A stretch of DNA of 64,000 nucleotides from an uncultured Methanosarcinales archaeon (GTDB lineage Archaea > Nanobdellota > Nanobdellia > Woesearchaeales > ARS49), in NCBI GenBank assembly GCA_964445485.1, contig CAYUPS010000003.1, forward strand, positions 1,528-65,527, read 5' to 3'. Within the stretch, counting starts at the first letter, position 1, and each line of letters starts with the position of its first letter. This document shows, piece by piece, positions 18,710 through 27,977 of this stretch. The translations under genes were made by a program, and so were the position numbers. The notes under the pieces are model-generated. The model did no database searches, was not told the origin of the DNA, and saw nothing but the letters and a program-made list of their open reading frames with translations.

Positions 18710-18757
18710 GGTCGTTCACGAAGTTTTATAAAGCGCCATTTATAAAGATATGCTGGA

Positions 18758-19300
18758 ATGGCAAGCGACGTGCCGATCGCGGTGACCGCGATCTTCACCC
18801 GCGAACGCGTCCTGAGCGAGAATTCGGACGCCGCGAGGGAACTGCACAACGTGAGCCGGTACGGGACGCTCAAGCCCGACGGCCGCGTGGAACTCTCCCT
18901 GCTCGAAGCCCTCTATCTCACCGAGAAGCACAGGCTCAAGGTGCTCGGCCCGCGCAACAAGCCCATGAGCTTCGACGCCCTCTACGCCAAAGCGCGCAAG
19001 AGCGATCCGAACGTGTTCGTGCGCTACAGCGTCTTCAAGGACATGCGCTCGCGCGGCTACGTCATCAAGACCGCGCTCAAATTCGGCGCCGACTTCCGCG
19101 TCTACGACCGCGGCACCAAGCCCGGCGAAGCGCACGCCAAATGGATCGTCTTCCCCGCCATGGAAGGCCAGACATTCACCTGGCACGATTTCGCCGCGAA
19201 GAACCGCGTCGCGCACAGCACCAAGAAACGCCTCCTCATGGCGGTCGTCGACGACGAAGGCGACGTCACCTACTGGGAAGTCAACTGGACCAGGCCGTAA
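18758..19300 (+). CDS. endA: tRNA-splicing endonuclease (single-unit, alpha4-type size)
   Basis: LSLLEALYL; catalytic Tyr/His/Lys positions in FRVY...EAH...RVAHSTKK. Confidence 0.93.
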   Translation: MASDVPIAVTAIFTRERVLSENSDAARELHNVSRYGTLKPDGRVELSLLEALYLTEKHRLKVLGPRNKPMSFDALYAKARKSDPNVFVRYSVFKDMRSRGYVIKTALKFGADFRVYDRGTKPGEAHAKWIVFPAMEGQTFTWHDFAAKNRVAHSTKKRLLMAVVDDEGDVTYWEVNWTRP

Positions 19301-19332
19301 TCATTTTATAGCATTTCGATATCTTCACCTGC

Positions 19333-19653
19333 ATGGCAATCGATGATGTGCTCCGACGCATTGACGATCTCTTTGATGGTGTCGAGTTCGAACCAGGTGT
19401 AGTCTGCGTCGTCTTCAACGAAAATGCGAGTGCCGCGAGCATCGAGAAATATCTCCAAGCGACTTCTGCAGCCACATCCAGCGAGTATGTCCGCCAAGGC
19501 AAAGTGCCCTGCAGGGACTGCAATTTCAGGATCATCCCGAACCAGTACCGCGAATGCTACCACTTCATCACGCAACCCGATGCCGAGAATGAGATATTCA
19601 AGTATTCCCGACCCGGCATCATCCACTGCATGCATCTGCTGCCCAAGGGCTGA
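19333..19653 (+). CDS. Hypothetical protein (106 aa)
   Basis: Fills the gap between endA and the next gene; lower GC codon use. Confidence 0.6.
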   Translation: MAIDDVLRRIDDLFDGVEFEPGVVCVVFNENASAASIEKYLQATSAATSSEYVRQGKVPCRDCNFRIIPNQYRECYHFITQPDAENEIFKYSRPGIIHCMHLLPKG

Positions 19654-19702
19654 ATTCGTACGAAACCATTTTATACCCGAAAAACGGGTGTTCTGAGTGC
19701 CC

Positions 19703-20656
19703 ATGGCGGCCGTCGACTACCCTGACCAGATACTTCGTCTCGCCAGCATCAAGCCCGTCCAGCCCGCCATGATCGCGAGCGTCCTCAAGACAAACAGCAT
19801 CATGGCCTCCGCCTTCCTGTGCGAGCTCAAGGACAAGGGCAAGCTGCGTATCACCAACATGAAGATCGGCAGCTCTCCTCTCTATTACCTCCCTGACAAA
19901 CCCGAGCACCTTGAATCATACGTCACGTCATTGAACGAGAAAGACCAGCGCACTGTCGAGATGCTCAAGGCGAAAAAAGTCGTGCGCGAGAACGATCTCG
20001 ACCCGCTCTCGCGCGTGAGCGTCAAGAGCCTCCGCGACTTCGCGTATCCTCTCGAAGTCACGTACAAGGACCAGACCGAGATCTTCTGGAAGTACTATCT
20101 CTACTCCGACAAGGAGGTCGAGCCGCTCATCAAGGAACTCCTCACAGAGGGCGATCCTCAAGAGGCGCCAGCAGCCGCTCCCGCGCAAGCCGCAGCAGAG
20201 ACCGCGCCCCTCCCGCAGCCGACCATGCCTGCCGAGAAACCAGTGCTCGAGCACAGGTCCCGCGCCAAACCCGTCAAGACCGCGCAGACGACCATCCCCG
20301 CGCACCCCGAGAAACCCGTCGCCGACACGGTTGAGGCGCTGTGCGCCAGCGATCCATTCCTCAAATCGCTCATGGAGTTCTTCAACGAACAGCGCATCCG
20401 CATCATCGAGCACACCGTCATCAAGAAAAAGTCCGAGCATGATTTCGTGCTCCTCGTGCCGTCCGTCGTCGGCAGCATCGCGTTCTACGCCAAGGCGAAA
20501 GCCAAAGCGCGCATCCTCCCCGCGGACCTCTCATCCGCGTTTGTCGGAGGACAGTTGCGCAAACTCCCCGCCCTCCTCCTCGCGCCGGGCGAGATGAGCC
20601 GGGCCGCCGTCGATCTGCAGCAGGACCTCAAAGCGGTCACATTCCGCCGCATCTGA
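19703..20656 (+). CDS. Hypothetical protein (putative winged-helix N-terminus, PD-(D/E)XK-like C-terminus)
   Basis: Coding-like codon use; Pro/Ala linker between two globular regions; fold calls are inference. Confidence 0.7.
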   Translation: MAAVDYPDQILRLASIKPVQPAMIASVLKTNSIMASAFLCELKDKGKLRITNMKIGSSPLYYLPDKPEHLESYVTSLNEKDQRTVEMLKAKKVVRENDLDPLSRVSVKSLRDFAYPLEVTYKDQTEIFWKYYLYSDKEVEPLIKELLTEGDPQEAPAAAPAQAAAETAPLPQPTMPAEKPVLEHRSRAKPVKTAQTTIPAHPEKPVADTVEALCASDPFLKSLMEFFNEQRIRIIEHTVIKKKSEHDFVLLVPSVVGSIAFYAKAKAKARILPADLSSAFVGGQLRKLPALLLAPGEMSRAAVDLQQDLKAVTFRRI

Positions 20657-20702
20657 ACCCTCCTCGCAAGCTATTTAAGCCTCCGGTCCGTCGGCGGTAG
20701 CC

Positions 20703-21740
20703 ATGGGAGTGAATCTCAAGGACCTGGTCATCAAGCGTGACGTGACATTCGCGGATATGAGCGGCAAAGTGCTCGCCGTCGACGCCTACAACATGCTCTA
20801 CCAGTTCCTCGCCAACATCCGCGCGCCAGACGGCTCGCTCTTCTGCGACAGCCACGGCAGAGTCACCTCGCACCTCATCGGCCTGCTCTCGCGCACGCTC
20901 AACTTCATGGACAAGGGCCTCAAGCTCGCGTTCGTCTTCGACGGCAAAGTGCCGGACCTGAAAGCGGCCGAGCTGCGCCGTCGCCGGCAGATAAAGGAAG
21001 AAGCAGCGAAGGAATACGAGAAAGCCGCCGAACGGGAGGACACCGAGGCGATGCGCAAGTTCGCCGCGCGCACCAGCATCCTCAGCAAAGACATGGTCGC
21101 GCAGGCCAAACGGCTCCTCGACCTCCTCGGCCAGCCCGTCATCCAGGCGCCCACCGAAGGAGAGGCGCAGGCGGCCCGCATGGTGCAGAACGGCGACGCC
21201 TGGGCCGTCGCCTCGCAGGACTATGATGCCCTGCTCTACGGCTCGCCGCGGCTCATCCAGAACCTCTCGCTCGCCGGCAAGCGCAAGAAGACCGGCACGC
21301 TCGGCTGGGTCACCGTCAACCCGCAGCTCCTCGACCTCGAAGAGAACCTCATGCATTTGGGCCTCTCGCGCACCCAGCTCGTCGCCCTCGCCATGCTCGT
21401 CGGCACTGACTTCGCGCCCGGCGGCGTCAAGGGCATCGGTCCCAAGAAAGCGCTCGCCCTCGTCAAGGAGCACGGCGAGGACCGCAAGACCATCTTCGGC
21501 GTCGCCGAATGGCGCGACAGCCAAGAGACTCCATGGGAAGACGTATTCGAGACCATCACCAAGATGCCCACGACCGACGACTACGCGCTCAAATGGAAAC
21601 CGGTCGACGCCAAAGGCATCATCGAGTTCCTCTCGGTCGAGCACGACTTCCAGCGCACGCGCCTGCAGACACAGCTCTCCGATGCCATCAAATCCCAGAG
21701 CAAGCAGGGCCAGAAAGGGCTCGGGGCGTTCTTCTCATGA
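20703..21740 (+). CDS. fen: Flap endonuclease 1
   Basis: MGVNL, AVDAYNMLYQFL, EGEAQAA, SQDYD, GTDF, C-terminal PIP box QKGLGAFF. Confidence 0.97.
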   Translation: MGVNLKDLVIKRDVTFADMSGKVLAVDAYNMLYQFLANIRAPDGSLFCDSHGRVTSHLIGLLSRTLNFMDKGLKLAFVFDGKVPDLKAAELRRRRQIKEEAAKEYEKAAEREDTEAMRKFAARTSILSKDMVAQAKRLLDLLGQPVIQAPTEGEAQAARMVQNGDAWAVASQDYDALLYGSPRLIQNLSLAGKRKKTGTLGWVTVNPQLLDLEENLMHLGLSRTQLVALAMLVGTDFAPGGVKGIGPKKALALVKEHGEDRKTIFGVAEWRDSQETPWEDVFETITKMPTTDDYALKWKPVDAKGIIEFLSVEHDFQRTRLQTQLSDAIKSQSKQGQKGLGAFFS

Positions 21741-22564
21741 ACCTCAAAGAAGCGCTCCAGGGCAAGCTCACCGGCAAGGAACTCGAGAGGCTGCGCCGCT
21801 CGTTCGACACCATCGGCACGATCGCCATCATCGAGATCCCGCCAGAGCTGCGCAAGAAGCAGAAACTCATCGCCCAGACACTCCTGACCCTCAACCCGCA
21901 CATCAAGACAGTCCTCAAGAAAGCCGGTGCGCACACCGGCAAGTTCCGCACGCAGAAGCTCGCATGGCTCGCCGGCGAGAGGACCATGATCACCGAGCAC
22001 AAGGAGAGCGGCGTTCGCATCGCGCTTCACGTGCAGGACTGCTACTTCTCGCCCCGCCTGAGCACCGAGCGGCTCCGCATCGCCCAGCAGGTCAAGAAAG
22101 GCGAGAAGATCCTCTGCCTCTTCTCCGGCGTCGCGCCCTACCCGCTCGTGCTCGCCAAGGCGACACCCGCCGCTCTCGTCGTGGGCATCGAGATGAATCC
22201 GACAGCCCACAGGTTCGCAGCGCAGAACGTCGCACTCAACAACCTCGCCAAGAAGATCGCGCTGCGCCGCGGCGACGCGCGCAAGGTCATCGCCACGCTC
22301 GCGCAGAAGTTCGACCGCATCATCATGCCGCTTCCAAAATCCGCAGGACTCTTCCTCGAAGACGCGTTCAAGGCCGCGAAGAGGGGTACCGTGTTCCATC
22401 TCTACGGCTTCGCCGCGGAAGAGGACCTGGACGCGGTCGCACGCGAAGTCTTAAAAGGCGCCGATGCCCTGAGGAGGAGAGTCAGCATACTCAAGACGGT
22501 CAAGTGCGGGCCGTACTCACCCCGCACGTTCAGGGTCTGCGTGGACTTCAGGCTTGTCAAGTGA
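21737..22564 (+). CDS. Trm5/TYW2 (Met-10+) family SAM-dependent tRNA-modification enzyme
   Basis: SFDTIGTIAI, YFSPRLSTER, LFSGVAPY, IEMNP, DRIIMPLP; ATGA overlap with fen. Confidence 0.85.
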   Translation: MNLKEALQGKLTGKELERLRRSFDTIGTIAIIEIPPELRKKQKLIAQTLLTLNPHIKTVLKKAGAHTGKFRTQKLAWLAGERTMITEHKESGVRIALHVQDCYFSPRLSTERLRIAQQVKKGEKILCLFSGVAPYPLVLAKATPAALVVGIEMNPTAHRFAAQNVALNNLAKKIALRRGDARKVIATLAQKFDRIIMPLPKSAGLFLEDAFKAAKRGTVFHLYGFAAEEDLDAVAREVLKGADALRRRVSILKTVKCGPYSPRTFRVCVDFRLVK

Positions 22565-22579
22565 CAACGGACGCACAAA

Positions 22580-22646
22580 GCGCGATGACGATGTGAATCC
22601 CAATCGAGGCCTCCGGGCCGATGAGATTCAAAGGAAGACTGAGCGC
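22580..22646 (+). ncRNA. Candidate C/D-box-like sRNA or structured 3' UTR element
   Basis: GCGC-GATGA...TCGA-GGCC(TCCG)GGCC-GATGA...CTGA-GCGC in 67 nt between convergent genes. Confidence 0.35.
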
Positions 22647-22660
22647 GTGAAACGTCCCCA

Positions 22661-23800
22661 CTAGCCGAATATCTTCTGCAATTCCTGCGTCTCTTCGACG
22701 TTCTCCTTGCGGACCTTCTCGATCGCGTCGAGGAAATCTTTCTCGAGGACCTTGGTGCGATTGGCGCGGATGGCGAAATAGCCCGCTTCTGTCGCGACGG
22801 ACTTGATCTCGGCGCCGGAGAACCCCTCCATCTTGCCGACGACCATATCCGCGTCCATCTTGCCCAGTTTCATGGGCGCGGTGTGGATCCTGAAGATCTC
22901 CTTGCGGCCGTCCGCGTCCGGGAGCGGCACGTGGATGAGGCGGTCTAAGCGTCCGGGGCGGATGATCGCAGTGTCGAGGATGTCCTTGCGGTTGGTGCAG
23001 CCGATGATCTTGACGTTGTCGAGCGGCTTGAAGCCGTCGATCTCCGCGAGGAGCTGCATGAAGGTCCGCTGCACCTCGCGTTCGCCGCTCGTGCCGACAT
23101 CGACGCGCGTCGCGGCGATGGCGTCGAGCTCATCGATGAAGATGATGGCCGGACCGCGCTCGCGCGCCAGCGCGAATATCTCCTTCACGAGCTTCGCGCC
23201 TTCACCGATGAATTTCTGCACGAGCTCGGAGCCGACAATCTCGATGAATGTGCTGTTGGTGCTCGCAGCGACAGCCTTGGCGAGCAGGGTCTTGCCTGTG
23301 CCGGGCGGGCCGTAGAGCAGCACGCCTTTGGGCGGGTGGATGCCGATCGCCTTGAACAGCTCGGGCTTCTTGAGCGGCAATTCGATGACTTCCTTGACCT
23401 CCTGCTCCTGCTTCTTGAGGCCGCCGATCTCGGTCCAGCCGAGCTGCGGCTTCTCCACGATCACGAAGCGCTCCACGTCGAATTTCTTGCTGAGCGCCAT
23501 CTTGCGCATGACAGTGAGGTTCTTCTGCTCCGAGAGGCACGCATCGCCGGGCCGGAGGGCATCGCAGCCGGCGGCGACCTCTACCAGGAATTCGTTGCCA
23601 TTGGGCAGGCGCACGAGCGCCTTGTCCTCGAGCGTGTCGCGGATCTCGCAGACAATCAGGGGCGCGCGGCGGAACTTCTCAAGCTCTCGCTCGAGGTTCT
23701 CGATGGATTCGCGCAGAAAACGGTTCTCCTCTTCGAGTCCGTGCACGGAAGCGGCGTAGGAGTAGATGACTCCTTCCACCTTGTTCTCGTTTCCCCCCAT
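22661..23800 (-). CDS. pan: Proteasome-activating nucleotidase (PAN)
   Basis: Coiled-coil N-terminus, GPPGTGKT, IFIDELD, RPGRLDR. Confidence 0.95.
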   Translation of the reverse strand: MGGNENKVEGVIYSYAASVHGLEEENRFLRESIENLERELEKFRRAPLIVCEIRDTLEDKALVRLPNGNEFLVEVAAGCDALRPGDACLSEQKNLTVMRKMALSKKFDVERFVIVEKPQLGWTEIGGLKKQEQEVKEVIELPLKKPELFKAIGIHPPKGVLLYGPPGTGKTLLAKAVAASTNSTFIEIVGSELVQKFIGEGAKLVKEIFALARERGPAIIFIDELDAIAATRVDVGTSGEREVQRTFMQLLAEIDGFKPLDNVKIIGCTNRKDILDTAIIRPGRLDRLIHVPLPDADGRKEIFRIHTAPMKLGKMDADMVVGKMEGFSGAEIKSVATEAGYFAIRANRTKVLEKDFLDAIEKVRKENVEETQELQKIFG

Positions 23801-23919
23801 CCGGGTAGCATTCTGGGCAATTTTCTATATAAACCTTGCGTAAACCGACGATACAGGCCTCCACGCGCCCTTTTTCCCCGTCGAAATATACTTAAATCAG
23901 CGCGCCTCCCGCATGCACC

Positions 23920-25425
23920 ATGGCATTACCGCAGCTGCACGCTGTCGCAGAGAGCCCCCGCGACCACAAGACCAACCTCCTGGTGGTCGGCGCGTTCGAG
24001 AACCGCTTCCAGCATCTGGACTGGCTCGACAAAGCGCTGGATGGTGCGTTGTCTGCAGTGGCCAAGCGCAAAGAATTCACGGCCGGCGCCGGCCAGACCC
24101 GCCTCTTCACCACGCTCGAGTCCTTGCACGCGACGAACGTCCTCGTCGTCGGCCTCGGTGACCCTGAGAAAGGGACGCTCGAGACGCTCCGCGCCGCGGC
24201 AGCCGTCGGCGCCAAAGAGGCATTGTGCCTCGGCGTCAAGGATGCCGCATTCGCTCTCACGGATGTCCCGCTCGGCAGGACGCCGCTCGCGGATCGCGCG
24301 CAGGCGATCGCCGAAGGCGCGCTGCTCGGCCTCTACCAGTTCACCAAGTACAAGACGCAGGATGCGGATAAGCGAAGCGTCGAGGATGTGCGTCTCCTGT
24401 GCCGCAAGGATGAGATGCCCGCGATGCAGCAGGCAGCAAAGACTGCCGGTGCGCTCTCCGATGCGGTCTACATGGTGCGCGACCTGATCAACGAGCCCCC
24501 GAACGTGCTCACGCCGCAGGCGCTCGGCGAGCACGCCAAGACCCTCGCGAAGCTCGGCGTCAAAGTCACAGTCCATGAGAAGAAAGCGATCGAGAAGCTC
24601 GGCATGAACGCTCTTCTCGCCGTCAACAGCGGCAGCGCCAAAGAGCCGCGCCTCATCGTCCTTGAATACGGCCCCTCCAAGCTCCCGCCCATCGCCCTGG
24701 TGGGCAAAGGCATCACGTTCGACTCAGGCGGCCTCGACATCAAAGGCTGGCCGCACATGGTCACGATGAAATGCGACATGTCCGGCGCCGCGACGGTCAT
24801 CGGCATCGTCAAGGCGGCCGCGTCGCTCAAGCTGGGCGTGCACCTTGTCGGCGTCATCGTCTCGACCGAGAACATGCCGGACGGCAACGCGTTCAAGGCA
24901 GGCGATATCTACAGGACATACTCTGGCAAGACCATCGAGATCGTCAACACTGACGCCGAGGGACGCGTCGCTCTCTGCGACGGCCTCGCGTATGTCGAGA
25001 AGAATTTCAAGCCCAAAGTCATCCTGGATTTCGCCACGCTCACCGGCGCGTGCCGCGTCGCCCTCGGCAACCACATCGCCGGCGTGATGGGCAACAGCGA
25101 CCAGCTCTACGAACGCCTCTACGAGGCGAGCCAGGCGTCAGGCGAGCGCATCTGGCGCCTTCCGCTCGACGATGAGTTCAAGGAAGAGGTCAAAGGCGAT
25201 CTGGCGGACGTGCGCAACCTCGGCCGCGGCGATCGCGCGGGCGGCGCGCTCTCGGCAGCCGCGTTCCTCGCACATTTCGTCGAGAAGACGCCCTGGATGC
25301 ACTTCGACATCGCGGGTCCCGCATTCATGGAGAGCCTCGCCAAGCAGTCGCCCTCGCACTGGACGCAGGGCGCTACGGGCTTCGGCGTGCGCACGATCGT
25401 GAAATACCTGCAAGGAATGCAGTGA
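23920..25425 (+). CDS. pepA: Leucyl aminopeptidase (M17)
   Basis: GKGITFDSGG, MKCDMSG, NTDAEGR, ATLTGA. Confidence 0.96.
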   Translation: MALPQLHAVAESPRDHKTNLLVVGAFENRFQHLDWLDKALDGALSAVAKRKEFTAGAGQTRLFTTLESLHATNVLVVGLGDPEKGTLETLRAAAAVGAKEALCLGVKDAAFALTDVPLGRTPLADRAQAIAEGALLGLYQFTKYKTQDADKRSVEDVRLLCRKDEMPAMQQAAKTAGALSDAVYMVRDLINEPPNVLTPQALGEHAKTLAKLGVKVTVHEKKAIEKLGMNALLAVNSGSAKEPRLIVLEYGPSKLPPIALVGKGITFDSGGLDIKGWPHMVTMKCDMSGAATVIGIVKAAASLKLGVHLVGVIVSTENMPDGNAFKAGDIYRTYSGKTIEIVNTDAEGRVALCDGLAYVEKNFKPKVILDFATLTGACRVALGNHIAGVMGNSDQLYERLYEASQASGERIWRLPLDDEFKEEVKGDLADVRNLGRGDRAGGALSAAAFLAHFVEKTPWMHFDIAGPAFMESLAKQSPSHWTQGATGFGVRTIVKYLQGMQ

Positions 25426-25689
25426 CTATCTCTTCTTGTACTTCTCGAGCGCTTCTCCGAGTTTGCTGAGTGAGTACGTGCGCTCGAGTTCAGCCCACGT
25501 GTGCCAGTTGTAACCCATGCCCTGGCCTCTCTCGACAGCCGTGGTATTGCTGTGGCTGTACTTGACGCCTTGCAGGAACGCGTCGGCTACGGCTTCGCGC
25601 AGCCTCTGCTTGAACCTGTCAGGCACGCCGCTCTCTGCCACGATGTGTTCTAGCGCTTTCTCATCAAGGACCCGCTTGTCTTCTGCCAT
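25426..25689 (-). CDS. Hypothetical protein (87 aa)
   Basis: GAGGTGAT SD before ATG 25689. Confidence 0.65.
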   Translation of the reverse strand: MAEDKRVLDEKALEHIVAESGVPDRFKQRLREAVADAFLQGVKYSHSNTTAVERGQGMGYNWHTWAELERTYSLSKLGEALEKYKKR

Positions 25690-25738
25690 GGATATCACCT
25701 CATCATACGGAAGAATACGGACTCATATGTTTTTCGCT

Positions 25739-26800
25739 TCAGCGGAACACGAGAAGGTCCCGCGGCAGTGACGTGAGGCACGCAGGTCCTTTCTTCGCCG
25801 CGAGCACGTCGTCCTCGATGCGCATGCCGAAGGCGCCTCGTTCGTACAGGCCGGGCTCGATGGTGGTGATGACGCCGTCTGCGAGCGTGAATACCCTGCG
25901 CCTGTCGGGATTCGGCGTCATGTCATGGACGTCCATGCCGAGCGAGTGGCCGAGGCTGTGGATGAACAGATGCGCGTGTGGGCCGAGCCATTTGCGCACG
26001 CTCGCATCGAGATGATCCATGCGCGTGCCGTGCAGGCAGGCGTCGACGGCTCTCTGCTGCACGCGCTGGAGGAGCGCGTATGTCTTCCGCTCCGCAGCAG
26101 AGGGCGTTCCGCGGTAGACAGTTCTCGTGATGTCCGCGCAGTAGCCTTTGTGCTTGACGCCGAAATCGATGACGACGAATCCACTGAGCCTCGACGGGCC
26201 GCTCACGTGGTGCGGCAGCGCGCCGTTCGCTCCTGCAGCGACAATCGGGTCGTACGCGAGGTCACATCCCGCGTCGATCGCGGCCTTGCGCAGCCATGAG
26301 GCGGCCCCGGTCTCGTCCTTGAACGTGATGAAGTCCGCGTAGAGCTGGCGGAAGATGTCTTCGGTGATGCTGATGGCCTGCTTGGTGCGCTTGATCTCCT
26401 CCGATGTCTTCTGCAGGCGCAATTGACCGACAATCGGCGTGATGTCCGCGATGCGCGCATCCTTGAACGCCTTCTGCAGGTGACCGAGGCCGTGGAGCGT
26501 GAACTTCGTCTTGCACAGGCCGAGCGTCTTCGCGTTCGGGAAATGCGCGCGCACATCCGAGAAAATATCCTGGGGCTTGATGACATCGATGCCTTTGCAC
26601 ATGCGCGAGGCGCGCTCGTGCTCGAAGCCGCCGATGAAGAGCGCAGGTTTTCCCTTGGCAGGGATTGCGAGGCAGCCGAAATCGAGCGGAGTTCCGGTGA
26701 AGTACGCGATGGTGCTCTCGCGCACCTCTTCGCCGCCGACGAACAGCGCGAGATCAACGCCGTGCCCATGCAGCCAGCGCTGGAGTTCGCGCGTCTTCAT
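25739..26800 (-). CDS. Xaa-Pro aminopeptidase/prolidase (M24B)
   Basis: VIDFG, ADITRT, HSLGHSLG, TIEPG, RIEDD metal ligands. Confidence 0.93.
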   Translation of the reverse strand: MKTRELQRWLHGHGVDLALFVGGEEVRESTIAYFTGTPLDFGCLAIPAKGKPALFIGGFEHERASRMCKGIDVIKPQDIFSDVRAHFPNAKTLGLCKTKFTLHGLGHLQKAFKDARIADITPIVGQLRLQKTSEEIKRTKQAISITEDIFRQLYADFITFKDETGAASWLRKAAIDAGCDLAYDPIVAAGANGALPHHVSGPSRLSGFVVIDFGVKHKGYCADITRTVYRGTPSAAERKTYALLQRVQQRAVDACLHGTRMDHLDASVRKWLGPHAHLFIHSLGHSLGMDVHDMTPNPDRRRVFTLADGVITTIEPGLYERGAFGMRIEDDVLAAKKGPACLTSLPRDLLVFR

Positions 26801-26804
26801 GCCG

Positions 26805-27884
26805 TTACCGCGTCACCTGATAGCCGCGCACGGTCTCCATGAGCGCGTGCGCCTTGCCTTTGGAGAAATGCTTCCTGACCGGTTCGAGCGATTCATTGAT
26901 GTAGCGCGCCGTCGTGCTCTTGAGGTCCATCGGGTGGATCTCTCCCTTCTCGTATGCCGCCGCGAGCTCTTCATATGTCTTGAAGCTGCGATCGCCGCCG
27001 AACTTGGCCGGCCGCTTGACATCGAAGGACTTGAACTTCTCGAACACCATGAACTTGCAGTACTCCATGACGGGATTCTCGTGCAATTGCCTGGCAGGGC
27101 ACCAGGCCTTGCCCATCTTGCGCTCGACCTCCTGCGCGGTGTCATCCATGAATATCGCCGAGTCGGGGCGTGACTTGGACATCTTCATCGCGATGGCGCG
27201 CTCCCTCGCGTCAGCGCCGTCGGCGAGCGGTTGCGGCTGCTCGAGGCCCATGAGCATGTGGTGGTGCACGGCAACGGGCTTGTCCTTGCCGAGTTTGGGC
27301 GCGAGCTCACGGGCGAGCATGTTGACCTTGCGCTGGTCCATGCCGAGCTGGCAGATGTCCACATCGAGCTGGAAGATGTCTGCCGCCTGCATGGCGGGAT
27401 AGAATATCTGCGCGGCCGAGAGCTCCTCGGATTCGCTGCGGCCCATGATCTGCGAGCAGCGCAGGATGCGCTTGAGCGTGCTGTTGCGCGCGACCTGCAT
27501 CACGAGCTTCCAGTAGTCCTGGTCTTCCACGAACTCGCTGCAGTTGACGAACTCGACCTTGTCAGTGTCCATGCCGCAGGCTTTCCATACCTCGATGAGG
27601 TATTTGCCGGTGGTCTGGATCCTCTCGAGGTCGCCGCCGAGCTTGTTGTTCGCCCATGCGTGCCAGTCCGCAGCGAGGAGCTTGAAGCGGCAGCCTGCCT
27701 TGAGCATCTTGTTGACGTTGATGGCGCGCAGGATGCCCTGCGCGATGTGCGGGCGGCCGGACGGCTCCATGCCGTCGTAGGCGACGGGCTTCTTCTTGTC
27801 ATGGAGGAGGGCACGGAGCTCGTCTTCGCTGATGATCTCCTCGCCGACCTGCCTGATGAGCGCGACCTTGGCGTCGATATCCAT
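26805..27884 (-). CDS. tyrS: Tyrosyl-tRNA synthetase
   Basis: YDGMEPSG..HIAQ, YPAMQAAD, GMDQRK, KMSKS. Confidence 0.96.
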   Translation of the reverse strand: MDIDAKVALIRQVGEEIISEDELRALLHDKKKPVAYDGMEPSGRPHIAQGILRAINVNKMLKAGCRFKLLAADWHAWANNKLGGDLERIQTTGKYLIEVWKACGMDTDKVEFVNCSEFVEDQDYWKLVMQVARNSTLKRILRCSQIMGRSESEELSAAQIFYPAMQAADIFQLDVDICQLGMDQRKVNMLARELAPKLGKDKPVAVHHHMLMGLEQPQPLADGADARERAIAMKMSKSRPDSAIFMDDTAQEVERKMGKAWCPARQLHENPVMEYCKFMVFEKFKSFDVKRPAKFGGDRSFKTYEELAAAYEKGEIHPMDLKSTTARYINESLEPVRKHFSKGKAHALMETVRGYQVTR

Positions 27885-27977
27885 GCTTCGCCGATGGCGC
27901 GGCCTCTTTATATAGTTTTACCGGCGCTGCGCAGTACGGACCGAGATTTTATATATTGGCTGCGCGACCAAGATGCC

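Noticed and set aside
19070-19110. EndA LKFG instead of LKYG
   Set aside because: The catalytic Tyr is in the following FRVY motif, which is intact
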